Under the pieces are notes generated by a model that saw nothing but the letters and a program-made list of their open reading frames with translations, had not been told where the DNA came from and searched no databases. A stretch of DNA of 54,708 nt, taken from contig CAINHC010000016.1 in the NCBI GenBank assembly GCA_903848795.1, positions 1 to 54,708 of the forward strand, read 5' to 3'. Shown piece by piece: positions 28,848 to 38,547 of this stretch (positions are counted from its first letter, which is position 1; each line of letters opens with the position of its first letter). The stretch comes from an uncultured bacterium (GTDB taxonomy: Bacteria; Patescibacteriota; Minisyncoccia; Phycocordibacterales; CAIZLB01). The position numbers and the translations under genes are program-made.

Positions 28848-28966
28848 GGTCTGTTGATTCATACACGTCATGGATCAATCGGCCAAAATGTACACTCGTA
28901 CAAAAAATGATTTATAGAGTAAGTTTTTGACGAAGCGGTCAAAAGTCTGAAAAATGTCTATAAATC
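28848..28966 (+). promoter_or_regulatory. Structured rpsL-rpsG spacer (candidate S7-responsive element)
   Basis: Three hairpins in a 182-nt spacer, including GATTTATAGA/TCTATAAATC enclosing TTTTGAC/GTCAAAA. Confidence 0.4.
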
Positions 28967-29008
28967 GCGTATTATCAATATTATTAAAAATTACGTAACT
29001 TACAGAAA

Positions 29009-29479
29009 ATGCGAAGAAAATTAAAAAAGAAGGTTGTTATAAAACCTGATATAAAATATAAGTCAGAAGTAGTTTCAAAATTTATAAACTATGTTATGTG
29101 GAGTGGTAAGAAAGAGACCGCCTCAAAGATTGTTTATTCATGTTTTGACACTATTAAGGATTTAGCCAAGACAGAAAATCCATTAGAGATTTTTGAAACA
29201 GCCCTTAAAAATGCAGCTCCTCAAGTTGAAGTTAGATCAAGAAGAGTTGGAGGTGCAAACTATCAAGTTCCTAGAGAAGTTAGAGCTGAAAGAAGAGCTT
29301 TCCTATCTATGAAATGGATTATTGACGCAGCTCGCGCAAAAAAGGGAAAGGCTATCCATTTAAAACTAGCAGATGAAATTTTTGCAGCTTCAAAGAATGA
29401 AGGAGAAGCAGTAAGAAAGAAAGAGAATACCCACAAGATGGCAGATGCCAACAAGGCTTTTGCTCACTTTGCTTGGTAA
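29009..29479 (+). CDS. rpsG: 30S ribosomal protein S7
   Basis: [30 protein letters not shown]. Confidence 0.98.
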   Translation: MRRKLKKKVVIKPDIKYKSEVVSKFINYVMWSGKKETASKIVYSCFDTIKDLAKTENPLEIFETALKNAAPQVEVRSRRVGGANYQVPREVRAERRAFLSMKWIIDAARAKKGKAIHLKLADEIFAASKNEGEAVRKKENTHKMADANKAFAHFAW

Positions 29480-29583
29480 TTCCCCATCACAAACCCCAAG
29501 CAGGTGCGCTCCATAGCTCATTGTTGGGGTTTGTTGATTTATGGTAAACTATATTTATAAAAATAAATTTAAAAAAATAATAT

Positions 29584-31737
29584 ATGCAACGTGATTATCC
29601 ATTAGAGCGAATTAGAAACTTTGGTATCATCGCTCACATTGACGCTGGTAAGACAACAACATCAGAGCGCGTTCTTTACTACACAGGAATGAGCCATAAG
29701 ATTGGTGAAGTTCATGAAGGTGAAGCTGTAACAGACTGGATGGAACAAGAGAAAGAGCGTGGTATTACAATTACTGCCGCTGCTATTACTTGTTTCTGGA
29801 ATCCAACATACATGGGAACTGACAAGTCTCTTATGCATCGTTTCAACATTATCGACACACCAGGGCATGTGGACTTTACAGTTGAGGTTGAAAGATCTCT
29901 AAAAGTTCTTGACGGAGGAGTTGTAGTATTTGATGGAGTTGCCGGAGTTGAAGCTCAATCAGAAACAGTTTGGAGACAAGCTGATAAATATCACGTTCCA
30001 CGTATTTGTTTTATAAACAAGCTAGACAGAATGGGTGCATCATTTGAGAGATCATATCAATCAATCTTGGATAGACTAAACAAGAATGCAATCAGAATGC
30101 AACTTCCAATTGGAGCAGAAGCGGATTTGGATGGAATGATTGATCTTCTAAAGATGAAGGCTTACAAGTTCGAAGGAGATATGGGAAGTACAGTTACAGA
30201 ATATGAAATTCCGGGTGATTTAGTGGATGAAGCTAAGATGAGAAGACAGGAGCTTGTTGAGAAATGTGTAGAGTTCGATGAAGATTTGATGAACAGATAC
30301 CTAGAAGAAGGAGAATCTGCAGTATTCACAATCGATGAACTTAAAGCATCTCTAAGAAAGGGAGTTATTGCAAACAAAGTATTCCCAGTTTTCACAGGTT
30401 CAGCTCTTAAGAATAAAGGAGTTCAATTGGTACTCGATGCCGTTGTTGACTATCTACCATGTCCACTAGATGTTCCTCCAATAAAAGGAATTGATCCAGA
30501 GACAAATGAAGAAATTGAAAGACATGCATCAGATGAAGAGCCTTTTGCAGCACTTGCATTCAAATTGCAAACTGATCCATTCGTAGGACAACTTACATTC
30601 TTCCGTGTATATTCCGGAACAATTGAAGCTGGTTCATACATTTATAATGCAACGACTGGTAACAAAGAGAGACTTGGACGTATTGTTAGACTTCAAGCTA
30701 ACAAGAGAGAGGATGTTAAGAAAGTTTTTGCTGGAGAAATCGCAGCGGCCGTTGGTCTTAAGGAAGCAAAGACATCTCACACTTTCTGTGACGAGGCTCA
30801 TCCAATTTTACTTGACCCTATTAAGTTCGCAGAGCCTGTTGTGTCTCTCCGAATCGAGCCAAAGACAAAAGCTGATCAAGAGAAAATGGGTGTTGCTCTT
30901 AAGAAACTAGGAGATGAAGACCCAACATTTAGAGTTTCTTCAAACACAGAGACCGGAGATACTGTTATCTCAGGAATGGGTGAACTTCACCTTGAAATCA
31001 TGGTTGATAGAATGAAGAGAGAGTTCAATGTTGAGGCTAATGTAGGTGCTCCTCAAGTTGCATACAGAGAGACTATTCTTGGAAGTGCAGAGGCAGAACA
31101 TAAATATGTTAAGCAATCTGGAGGTAAAGGACAATATGGTCACGTTAAGATTATAATTAAGCACCTAGAGCCACTTGTTGAAGGAGCAAAGATTCCTAAG
31201 AATGTTCACAGAACCGCTGATTTTGAATTTATCGACTCAATTAAAGGAGGGGTTATTCCAACAGAATTTATTCCTGCAGTTGAGAAGGGAGTTAAAGAGG
31301 CGATGGAGAGAGGTATCGTTGCTGGATTCCCACTAACAAACGTATCATGTGAACTTACATTCGGTTCATATCATGATGTTGACTCATCAGAAATCGCTTA
31401 CAAGATTGCAGCTTCTCAAGCTTTCCAAGAGGGAGCTAAGCGTGCTCGCCCAGTTATTCTTGAGCCTATAATGAAGGTTGAGGCCCTAACACCAGAGCAA
31501 TTCATGGGTGACGTTACAGGATCACTTTCATCAAAGAGAGGACAAATCGAAGGAATGGACGATAGACTAGGAGGAATCAAGGTAATCAGAGCGATGGTTC
31601 CACTATCAGAAATGTTCGGTTACACAACAGATATCAGATCAATGACACAAGGAAGAGGCTCAGTAACAATGGAATTCGATCATTATGATACAGTTCCAGC
31701 AAACGTGGAGAAGACAATCGTTGAGTCAAGAAAATAA
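29584..31737 (+). CDS. fusA: Elongation factor G
   Basis: [38 protein letters not shown]. Confidence 0.98.
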   Translation: MQRDYPLERIRNFGIIAHIDAGKTTTSERVLYYTGMSHKIGEVHEGEAVTDWMEQEKERGITITAAAITCFWNPTYMGTDKSLMHRFNIIDTPGHVDFTVEVERSLKVLDGGVVVFDGVAGVEAQSETVWRQADKYHVPRICFINKLDRMGASFERSYQSILDRLNKNAIRMQLPIGAEADLDGMIDLLKMKAYKFEGDMGSTVTEYEIPGDLVDEAKMRRQELVEKCVEFDEDLMNRYLEEGESAVFTIDELKASLRKGVIANKVFPVFTGSALKNKGVQLVLDAVVDYLPCPLDVPPIKGIDPETNEEIERHASDEEPFAALAFKLQTDPFVGQLTFFRVYSGTIEAGSYIYNATTGNKERLGRIVRLQANKREDVKKVFAGEIAAAVGLKEAKTSHTFCDEAHPILLDPIKFAEPVVSLRIEPKTKADQEKMGVALKKLGDEDPTFRVSSNTETGDTVISGMGELHLEIMVDRMKREFNVEANVGAPQVAYRETILGSAEAEHKYVKQSGGKGQYGHVKIIIKHLEPLVEGAKIPKNVHRTADFEFIDSIKGGVIPTEFIPAVEKGVKEAMERGIVAGFPLTNVSCELTFGSYHDVDSSEIAYKIAASQAFQEGAKRARPVILEPIMKVEALTPEQFMGDVTGSLSSKRGQIEGMDDRLGGIKVIRAMVPLSEMFGYTTDIRSMTQGRGSVTMEFDHYDTVPANVEKTIVESRK

Positions 31738-31808
31738 CATTATGGCCATATTGCTTGTGGGGCGTCAGCCCTATTCGGCTAATAAATAAGCTGAAAGCAG
31801 GCGACAAA

Positions 31809-31836
31809 CAAAACACTCCAGAGATGGGGTGTTTTG
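31809..31836 (+). terminator. Terminator after fusA
   Basis: CAAAACACTCCA-GAGA-TGGGGTGTTTTG. Confidence 0.75.
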
Positions 31837-31974
31837 CGTTGGGGCGAATCCTGCCTGCGGCGAGGGGGTTGACGTAAAGCTTAAAACGTGATACCGTTTT
31901 TTATAGAACAGCGAATCGAGTAGTTGTCACAAACCTGAATATCTCAACAATTTAAAATTCAAACCGATACAAGC

Positions 31975-32478
31975 ATGAAAAGAAACGAAGACATCTTATT
32001 GGAAGTATCAAGGGGGTTGGCTGAAGTCAGAAACCTTCTTAAGCAAGTGGATCATGAAAACTCCAGATTGACAGCAGAGATGGGTGAACTTCTGCGGGCC
32101 TGTGAGGAAATTGAAAGCGACCTCCGTCAAAAAAATATCAACTTCATGACATTGCTGGTTGACACAGCGACAAAACTTGCTGGCGCCACTACCTACAAGG
32201 TCGTGCAACACCCAGACAGCAGCGGTCAAAGGTATTACTTTTTCTTCATCAAAGGTTCAACGACTGTCGGGGTGAATGAAAACTACAGCACAGATGTTGT
32301 AGATTATCCTGACTTTGGCTATAAACATTTTGAGTTTATGAGATCTCGACTTGTTACCGAAGTTGTACGGATGTTGAAAAATAAACCTGATGGATTCAGA
32401 CGTTGTACTAAGCTGTTGAATGAGAGTCTGGCGGCGATTTTAAATGCCACTGCTGACACAATCGAAACAGTGAAGTAA
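31975..32478 (+). CDS. Hypothetical protein with N-terminal coiled-coil-like segment
   Basis: 167-aa ORF with its own TTGACG-N17-TACCGT promoter and a terminator at about 32520-32557. Confidence 0.7.
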   Translation: MKRNEDILLEVSRGLAEVRNLLKQVDHENSRLTAEMGELLRACEEIESDLRQKNINFMTLLVDTATKLAGATTYKVVQHPDSSGQRYYFFFIKGSTTVGVNENYSTDVVDYPDFGYKHFEFMRSRLVTEVVRMLKNKPDGFRRCTKLLNESLAAILNATADTIETVK

Positions 32479-32726
32479 TAACAAAACGCACTTCAGCAAA
32501 CACTCAAAACTTAACTGCACCACCCCCACGAAAACCGCTCGTGACAGGGGTGGTTTTCATTTATATAAAACAATTCTTCGAACATCGTCCCAAGTTTGGA
32601 GCTCTCACAATGAACTGGTAAAAGTCATTTTCTGTACCCAGCTCGGATGTTCTGTAGCAGGCCCCTTTTTATAGAATGATAATCACCAATCTTTTTATAT
32701 TTCTCTATATGAGTTAAAATGTCATC

Positions 32727-33236
32727 ATGAACGACTTAAATAATTTAATCTTTGTGGATTGCGAGGCAAATGGTAAGTGTCCAAGTATGGGCAAGCTTAC
32801 TGAATTTGGCGCGGTCGCATATCCCTCAAAAGCTACTTTTCATGGAGTCTTAGTGGAAAGAAAGCCTGATACAGAAAATCCTGAATTCAAAATAGAGACC
32901 GGGATTGTTTTTGATGAAAAAGAAGTATTTGAAAAATTTAACGCATGGTTACAGGAGGTAACAGGTGGAGAAAACCCAAAATTTGTTAGCGATAATCCCG
33001 CTTTTGATTGGCAATGGATCAATGATGGCTTCCATCGAACCATTGGTAACAATCCTTTTGGATATTCTGCCCGTAGGATTGGTGACTTTTATGCTGGCTT
33101 AGTTGGAGATTTTAAGGATGCCTCTTCTTGGAAAAGATTGCGTATAACAAAACATGATCACCATCCCGTGCATGATGCTATGGGTAACGTTGAAGCTTTT
33201 GAGAGATTACTTAAGGGCGAGAGACCTAAGAAGTAA
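32727..33236 (+). CDS. DEDDh 3'-5' exonuclease (DnaQ-like)
   Basis: FVDCE (Exo I), DNPAFDWQWI (Exo II), HHPVHDA (Exo III). Confidence 0.8.
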   Translation: MNDLNNLIFVDCEANGKCPSMGKLTEFGAVAYPSKATFHGVLVERKPDTENPEFKIETGIVFDEKEVFEKFNAWLQEVTGGENPKFVSDNPAFDWQWINDGFHRTIGNNPFGYSARRIGDFYAGLVGDFKDASSWKRLRITKHDHHPVHDAMGNVEAFERLLKGERPKK

Positions 33237-33353
33237 TAAACACCACCCAATTTGGTAAAAAGTACTGTTTTTTGTCAAAAGTACTTGACTTTTAACCCAA
33301 AATGAATATAATATAGGGTATTATTACAAAATAATGTAATATTTAATACAATT

Positions 33354-34610
33354 ATGTTAATAACAAGAATTAAAGCCAGTAATTTCTATGGTATAAAAGA
33401 CCCTTTAGAGGTAATTTTTACTGAGGGTGGAGAGAAGGAGAAAAATGGTTATGTAAATTTTGGAAAAGAGAGGATTTCTCTCATCGCTGGTTTTTATGGT
33501 GCCAACGCTTCAGGCAAAAGTACTGTTTTAAATGTTATAGATATCATTATACGTATAATGCTTTCAAGACAGCAGGATTTTATTTTTGATCCTAATGGCA
33601 TAAAACAAGAGACAATAATATTGGTTCCCAACTATCAAAATGATATGAAAATAAAACCCTCTGTAATGGAGATGGATTTTGTTATTAACAACAATAAATA
33701 CAACTATTTAATTTCTATCATAAATGAAGGCAAAGAAATTTCTGAAGAAGTTTTATATAAAAACAGTAAAAAGGTTTTTGATAGGAAAAAATCTACAATT
33801 TCATTTGACCCGAAAATATCAAAAAAGATAGGAAATATAGCAAATAATATTGTGGCTCCCAAGAAGTCTTCATTTCTTTCTGTTCTTTTAGATGATAGCT
33901 CGGATGTCTCCGTATTTGGAAATCTTAAAGAGGAGGTAGGTATTTCTGAGCTTAAACAAATTAAAAATAAACTTTGTTTTATAACTGACAAGAGATCAGT
34001 ACAAATGGGACAAAATAACATACGAGGTATTTTTGCTCTTGCGGTTAATTATGTAAATAATATTAATCCATCTGTAGAGCAACAGTTAAATGTTGTTAAC
34101 TCGGTAGTAAAATACTTTGAACCTTCATTTAAAAAACTTAATATTGTAAAAAAGAATGAAAATTTTATTGAGTACAGCGCTCAGTATGATAATTTCTACA
34201 AAGACCTTCCTGTGACTGAACTTTCTGCTGGAACCAGAGAGCTTATATCTTATATTAGTGACATTCTTAGAATTTTAAAAAATGGTGGTATTGTCGTTTA
34301 CGATGAAACAAGTAAGTATTATCATCCAGATATGGAAATTGCAATTCTTAATTTGTTTAAAGACAAAGATATAAACAAAAATAATGCTCAAATATTCTTT
34401 TCTTCGCACAATGCTGAGACTTTTGATTTATTACAGAACAATCAAGCTCATATATTGGAAAAGAAGGATGACAATATAATTATTACAAAAGTATCTGATT
34501 ATGCTGACATTAAAGAAAGAGATAATATTAAAAGGGTGTATCGTTTAGGCTCTTTTGGTGGAGTTCCAGATACTATTGATTTTAGTAGAATAATTAATAA
34601 TTTGCTTTAA
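33354..34610 (+). CDS. ABC-type (AAA_21/RloA-like) ATPase
   Basis: Walker A GANASGKS, signature LSAGTRE, Walker B VVYDE..KYYHP, H-loop FSSHN. Confidence 0.85.
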   Translation: MLITRIKASNFYGIKDPLEVIFTEGGEKEKNGYVNFGKERISLIAGFYGANASGKSTVLNVIDIIIRIMLSRQQDFIFDPNGIKQETIILVPNYQNDMKIKPSVMEMDFVINNNKYNYLISIINEGKEISEEVLYKNSKKVFDRKKSTISFDPKISKKIGNIANNIVAPKKSSFLSVLLDDSSDVSVFGNLKEEVGISELKQIKNKLCFITDKRSVQMGQNNIRGIFALAVNYVNNINPSVEQQLNVVNSVVKYFEPSFKKLNIVKKNENFIEYSAQYDNFYKDLPVTELSAGTRELISYISDILRILKNGGIVVYDETSKYYHPDMEIAILNLFKDKDINKNNAQIFFSSHNAETFDLLQNNQAHILEKKDDNIIITKVSDYADIKERDNIKRVYRLGSFGGVPDTIDFSRIINNLL

Positions 34611-34614
34611 ATCT

Positions 34615-35187
34615 ATGGGGAAGAAAAGTTTTGATGTTTATTATTTAATTATAAGTGAAGGTACTACTGAATTTATTATTTTTGCATATTTAACAAAAAA
34701 TAAGTTTAGAAAGCTCTTTGAAGAATCAAATATTAAATTTAGCAACAAGACTGAAGTTATAAAAGATGGAAACCAGATAGTATCTCAGGGCAACTTAGGT
34801 GGAGCGGGTCACATCGGAGACTTTAAGGCAAAATACAGCCTAATAAAAAATAAATATTCTGATCAAAAATTATTTTTCTTATTAGATAAAGATCTGGATG
34901 ATTCTTTAAAAATAGAAAATGCTATTATAGCAGGCGGAGATATTGTTCAGTTTATAGAATATAATTCTGAGTATCTATTATTAAAGTTTTCAGGTAAAAA
35001 TCCGAAAACCCCTTCTTGTTTCAATGGCATGAAGGAATTTAGAGATTATTCTAAGATTGAATTTGAAAAAGAATTTGGCAAAAATGCATCTGATTTAAAG
35101 GATGTAGATCTGGAATTAATATTTGGTGATGTTAGTGAGAAAGAAATAAGACTGGCTTTTGCAGAGATATTTTCTACTTTGTCTTAA
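34615..35187 (+). CDS. RloB-like TOPRIM-fold protein
   Basis: YLIISEGTTE and FLLDKD (TOPRIM Glu and DxD), 4 nt downstream of the ATPase. Confidence 0.65.
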   Translation: MGKKSFDVYYLIISEGTTEFIIFAYLTKNKFRKLFEESNIKFSNKTEVIKDGNQIVSQGNLGGAGHIGDFKAKYSLIKNKYSDQKLFFLLDKDLDDSLKIENAIIAGGDIVQFIEYNSEYLLLKFSGKNPKTPSCFNGMKEFRDYSKIEFEKEFGKNASDLKDVDLELIFGDVSEKEIRLAFAEIFSTLS

Positions 35188-35206
35188 ATAATCAGACTTC
35201 ATTAAG

Positions 35207-35250
35207 TCTATGTGTCAAGGGTGTGGACAATTTGTACTCACCCTTGACAC
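35207..35250. terminator. Hairpin between convergent genes
   Basis: GTGTCAAGGGTG ... CACCCTTGACAC, 12-bp inverted repeat. Confidence 0.6.
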
Positions 35251-35280
35251 ACCAACAAAAGTATATTTTTGACCAGTAGA

Positions 35281-35739
35281 CTATTTTTTGATAAACAACC
35301 TCTCATAACCATTCTCATTAAACTCATCGTAATATTTTTTATCAAATTCATACACTGGCACACCAAGATAACCCCCATGTTCTTCTATAAGTTTGTCAGC
35401 TTCTTCTTTTGAATATTTATTATGAAAATCTCTTTTCCCTAATTCATGTGCCAAGCCTTCAAATAATTGTTGTTCGTCATACAATGCTAGGTCATCAAGA
35501 ATTTTCTCGTAATAATCTTCATCTAAATGTGGGTCTTTTGCCCCACAGTCACATAAATTCTTCTCAAAATCAAAATCTTTGGCATATTGTAAGAGATATT
35601 TTTGGACTTCTTCAATTTCATTGGTGTCCTTTTTGTATTTATCATCGACAAAATCAGACATTGGACCGTATATAAAAGAATTTGCTTCCAAAGATTTTAC
35701 TATTATTTCGTATTGTTTTTTTGTTATATTTATTTTCAT
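35281..35739 (-). CDS. Hypothetical acidic protein
   Basis: 152-aa ORF co-oriented with the SWIM and Fic genes. Confidence 0.7.
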   Translation of the reverse strand: MKINITKKQYEIIVKSLEANSFIYGPMSDFVDDKYKKDTNEIEEVQKYLLQYAKDFDFEKNLCDCGAKDPHLDEDYYEKILDDLALYDEQQLFEGLAHELGKRDFHNKYSKEEADKLIEEHGGYLGVPVYEFDKKYYDEFNENGYERLFIKK

Positions 35740-35763
35740 ATTTTCAGTATTAATTCTTTAATA

Positions 35764-36543
35764 TTAATTAATAATATCACCGCTCTTCAAACCAAATCCA
35801 CTTTCCCAATCAAATATCTGGCCTTTAGGTAATTTCTTTTTAATGAATGGTTTAATATTTGGATCGAAACTTACAAACAGATTGAGTACTTCTACAAGCT
35901 TTAGCATCAAATCTCCTATGGTGCCATCTGAGTCATCAATGCCTCCACATGCTTTTCTATCAAGTCTCTTTAAGGTATTTATACAAATCATTACAGATTT
36001 TTCACAAACCGGAAGTTTAGAAAGAGCTAGAAGAATGAATCGAGAACCCCGCACTAGTGAGTCCTGATATTGAAACCATTTTGAAGATGGACCACTAAAT
36101 CTTTTGAGAAAAGACATACCTTTATTTATTTCTGATTTAGCTTTATCTAATTCATTTTGTGTTGCGTCTCTAACTATTCCTGAGCAGACGGCTTGATCAA
36201 CGGGGTGCTTTATAGATTCTGTATCTTTAGGTCTATATTTGTAAACCACTGCAATAGCAAGCGCAATCATATGTTTACACAATTCATTTTTTTGACCAAC
36301 GTAACAATCACAAATACCTCTATCATATGCTTCTATAGACACACCTACATGATATTCATGGGTTCCGGATACTATCGCTCTAAATCCTGAAAAGGAATCA
36401 CTAATTTTTTTGACTGCACCTTTTTCATATAATTTAAGACCTTTATTAAATTCAGAATCTCCAACACCTAATTGTATATCAGGTATGGTGTATAAAACTA
36501 ATGATCTGGCGTTTAATTGTGCTAAAAAAAGTTTGTTTCTCAT
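35764..36543 (-). CDS. SWIM zinc-finger protein
   Basis: ICDCYVGQKNELCKHMIAL (CxC...CxH). Confidence 0.8.
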   Translation of the reverse strand: MRNKLFLAQLNARSLVLYTIPDIQLGVGDSEFNKGLKLYEKGAVKKISDSFSGFRAIVSGTHEYHVGVSIEAYDRGICDCYVGQKNELCKHMIALAIAVVYKYRPKDTESIKHPVDQAVCSGIVRDATQNELDKAKSEINKGMSFLKRFSGPSSKWFQYQDSLVRGSRFILLALSKLPVCEKSVMICINTLKRLDRKACGGIDDSDGTIGDLMLKLVEVLNLFVSFDPNIKPFIKKKLPKGQIFDWESGFGLKSGDIIN

Positions 36544-36584
36544 ATAATTAAATCTTGTGAAAAAATCTTATAAATAAATATATT

Positions 36585-37457
36585 CTATTCCCCAATCTTC
36601 CAAACCCCCTTCTCTAAAAAGGCCTCAATAGTCTGACGCCCTGCTTTATTGATAAGATTTGAGTGTGATATTTTATTGCTCTTTGCAAAATCTGAAAGCG
36701 TGACAATATTTTTGCCTTCTAGGTATGCCAAACGTTTATGATAGCTGTTTGTAAGTGCTTTACCGACAATTTCTTCCATAATAGTGGTTGTACCCTTTTC
36801 GTTAAACTCTTTAAAGGCACTGTAATATTTTTTTCTATCAATAAATTTAATGTTTATTGGAACAAAACCCTCTCGTATTAGTAGGTAATTATTAATGACA
36901 CGTCCAATTCTTCCGTTACCATCATTAAAGGGGTGGAGGGTTTCAAAGGCAAGATGTATTTTTGCGATTCTCTTAATTATATTTTCATGACTTGAAGCAT
37001 TGTATTCCGAAAGCATTTTTTCCACCCCTCCCTTTATTTCTTGTGGTGCTGGTGCAATATGGTTTCCAACTCTAACATATTCATTGCCCTCTCGAAATCT
37101 GCCAGCAACTTCATCCCAGATATTTGATAAGAGCATTTTATGAAGGGATAAAATGATATCAATTTTAAGCTCGCTCTCTTTAGCTTTTTTTTCAATGTAC
37201 TCCACTACTCTAGCAAGGTTCTTTGCTTCAAATATCTCTCGCTCCGTTATATATCTGTCCAAATCTATCTGGAGAAGTATTTTCTCAGTTTCTTCAAGGG
37301 AGAGTGTGCTATTCTCTATGGCGTTGGAGTTATAGACCTGTTCAGAAATTTCCACTTCAGATATAAGCTTAATCAAAGCATCCTTTCCAGTGGATGATTT
37401 ATAATACCTCTCCCTGAGGTCCTTAATCTTATTGTATGTTGTAGATATATTAGCCAT
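36585..37457 (-). CDS. Fic-domain protein with short C-terminal HTH
   Basis: HPFNDGNGRIGR, inhibitory motif SNAIEN, C-terminal TLSDFAKSNKISHSNLINKA. Confidence 0.9.
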   Translation of the reverse strand: MANISTTYNKIKDLRERYYKSSTGKDALIKLISEVEISEQVYNSNAIENSTLSLEETEKILLQIDLDRYITEREIFEAKNLARVVEYIEKKAKESELKIDIILSLHKMLLSNIWDEVAGRFREGNEYVRVGNHIAPAPQEIKGGVEKMLSEYNASSHENIIKRIAKIHLAFETLHPFNDGNGRIGRVINNYLLIREGFVPINIKFIDRKKYYSAFKEFNEKGTTTIMEEIVGKALTNSYHKRLAYLEGKNIVTLSDFAKSNKISHSNLINKAGRQTIEAFLEKGVWKIGE

Positions 37458-37469
37458 AATGTACTATAC

Positions 37470-37544
37470 ATTATAGGTATTTTCACGATTATGTCAATCA
37501 AAATCGTGAAAAACATGAAAAAACGACAGATTTTCACGATTATG
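37470..37544 (-). promoter_or_regulatory. fic promoter with a three-box operator
   Basis: TTGACA-N16-TATAAT (37497-37470), TTTTCACGATT at 37480-37490 and 37531-37541, inverted copy at 37502-37512. Confidence 0.65.
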
Positions 37545-37599
37545 GGTATTATTGTGGCAACAAAACCATCCAGGTTGATACTTAAATTGCTGATATTTT

Positions 37600-37641
37600 A
37601 ACTGTAGTGGTCAAAAAGTACGTTTTTTGACCACTACAGTT
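37600..37641. repeat. Perfect 18-bp inverted repeat with 6-nt spacer
   Basis: AACTGTAGTGGTCAAAAA-GTACGT-TTTTTGACCACTACAGTT. Confidence 0.9.
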
Positions 37642-37829
37642 GTTATAATGGTCAAAAATAGGAAGGTGATGGTCAATAATTGCGTGACTTTTTCAAGAGG
37701 ACGTAGTAATCTATAAAAAGTTTGACATCGGCGTTTTAAATTCACAATTAAGTCAAATCACCTCTTCCAATGTATATTTTGCATTTTGTCGAGGGGTGAA
37801 ATGTACTTTGGAAACAAAACACTAGTAAA

Positions 37830-38285
37830 ATGTCAGCGAAAGTTCAAAAAATGTATATCTGTGTCGGGAAGGAAGGCAAAGGCTTTGTTGCGAAGGTTAC
37901 CTCCTTCATCAGCAGCTTGGCTCGTGAGTGTTACTCTGAGCAACATGTCAGCGGTGGAGACAGTGGGGATTTGTACGAGGAAGTCGCAACCGTTAGGTCT
38001 TACACCATGGAAAATGGCTGGATACAGCTCTATACCGTTACTGACGACAGCGTTAACGGCTATGGAGAATGTGTTTCTGTTCTCTGGGAGCCTCCGGATG
38101 AAATCGAGCCAAGGTTCAGCTCGTGGCCGAAATTTCTCAAGTTTCTGGATAAGAATGATTTTGTATCGAAGCACAAGTCTCTCAAGGCACGTCCGGACGG
38201 GTGGAAATCATTTGCAAGTTACTTGGATGAGCACTTCGTACGTCCAGACAAAGCTCCATTTACGACAAAAGACGGCAAGGGTTAA
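37830..38285 (+). CDS. Hypothetical protein
   Basis: 151-aa ORF followed by a terminator-like hairpin at about 38330-38360. The overlapping 37786 ORF is judged spurious. Confidence 0.65.
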   Translation: MSAKVQKMYICVGKEGKGFVAKVTSFISSLARECYSEQHVSGGDSGDLYEEVATVRSYTMENGWIQLYTVTDDSVNGYGECVSVLWEPPDEIEPRFSSWPKFLKFLDKNDFVSKHKSLKARPDGWKSFASYLDEHFVRPDKAPFTTKDGKG

Positions 38286-38411
38286 TACCCACAGGTTATT
38301 GAGTTATCTTTCTCTCCTAAAAAAGACACAACCCCATGGCTAGTTGCCAGTGGGGTTTTGCGATTTTACTCCCTAGGATCCATATCCCGAAGGTGGCGTC
38401 CTGTATTACCA

Positions 38412-38545
38412 CCAAATCCCTAATCCCATGCCCTTTAAGAGACTTGCGAACTGCAGTGAGCAGATGATTTCCGTTCCCCATAAGGAAATCACATTTTCAG
38501 CAGAAAACTGACGTGCTCTTAAGGGGCATGAGACTTGGGATTTGG
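38412..38545 (+). ncRNA. Structured palindromic element, copy B
   Basis: 30-bp outer stem (26 Watson-Crick, 1 G-U, 3 mismatches), same core as copy A plus one extra hairpin. Confidence 0.6.
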
Positions 38546-38547
38546 AG

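Larger units (their letters stand above)
31838..38400. other. Accessory island between fusA and tuf
   Basis: Non-core genes on both strands replace the usual fusA-tuf adjacency, with a very AT-rich core. No integrase or transposase seen. Confidence 0.7.

Noticed and set aside
37594-37650. Integron attC site
   Set aside because: It is too short, is a perfect palindrome without extrahelical bases, has poor RYYYAAC/GTTRRRY boxes, and no integron integrase is present.
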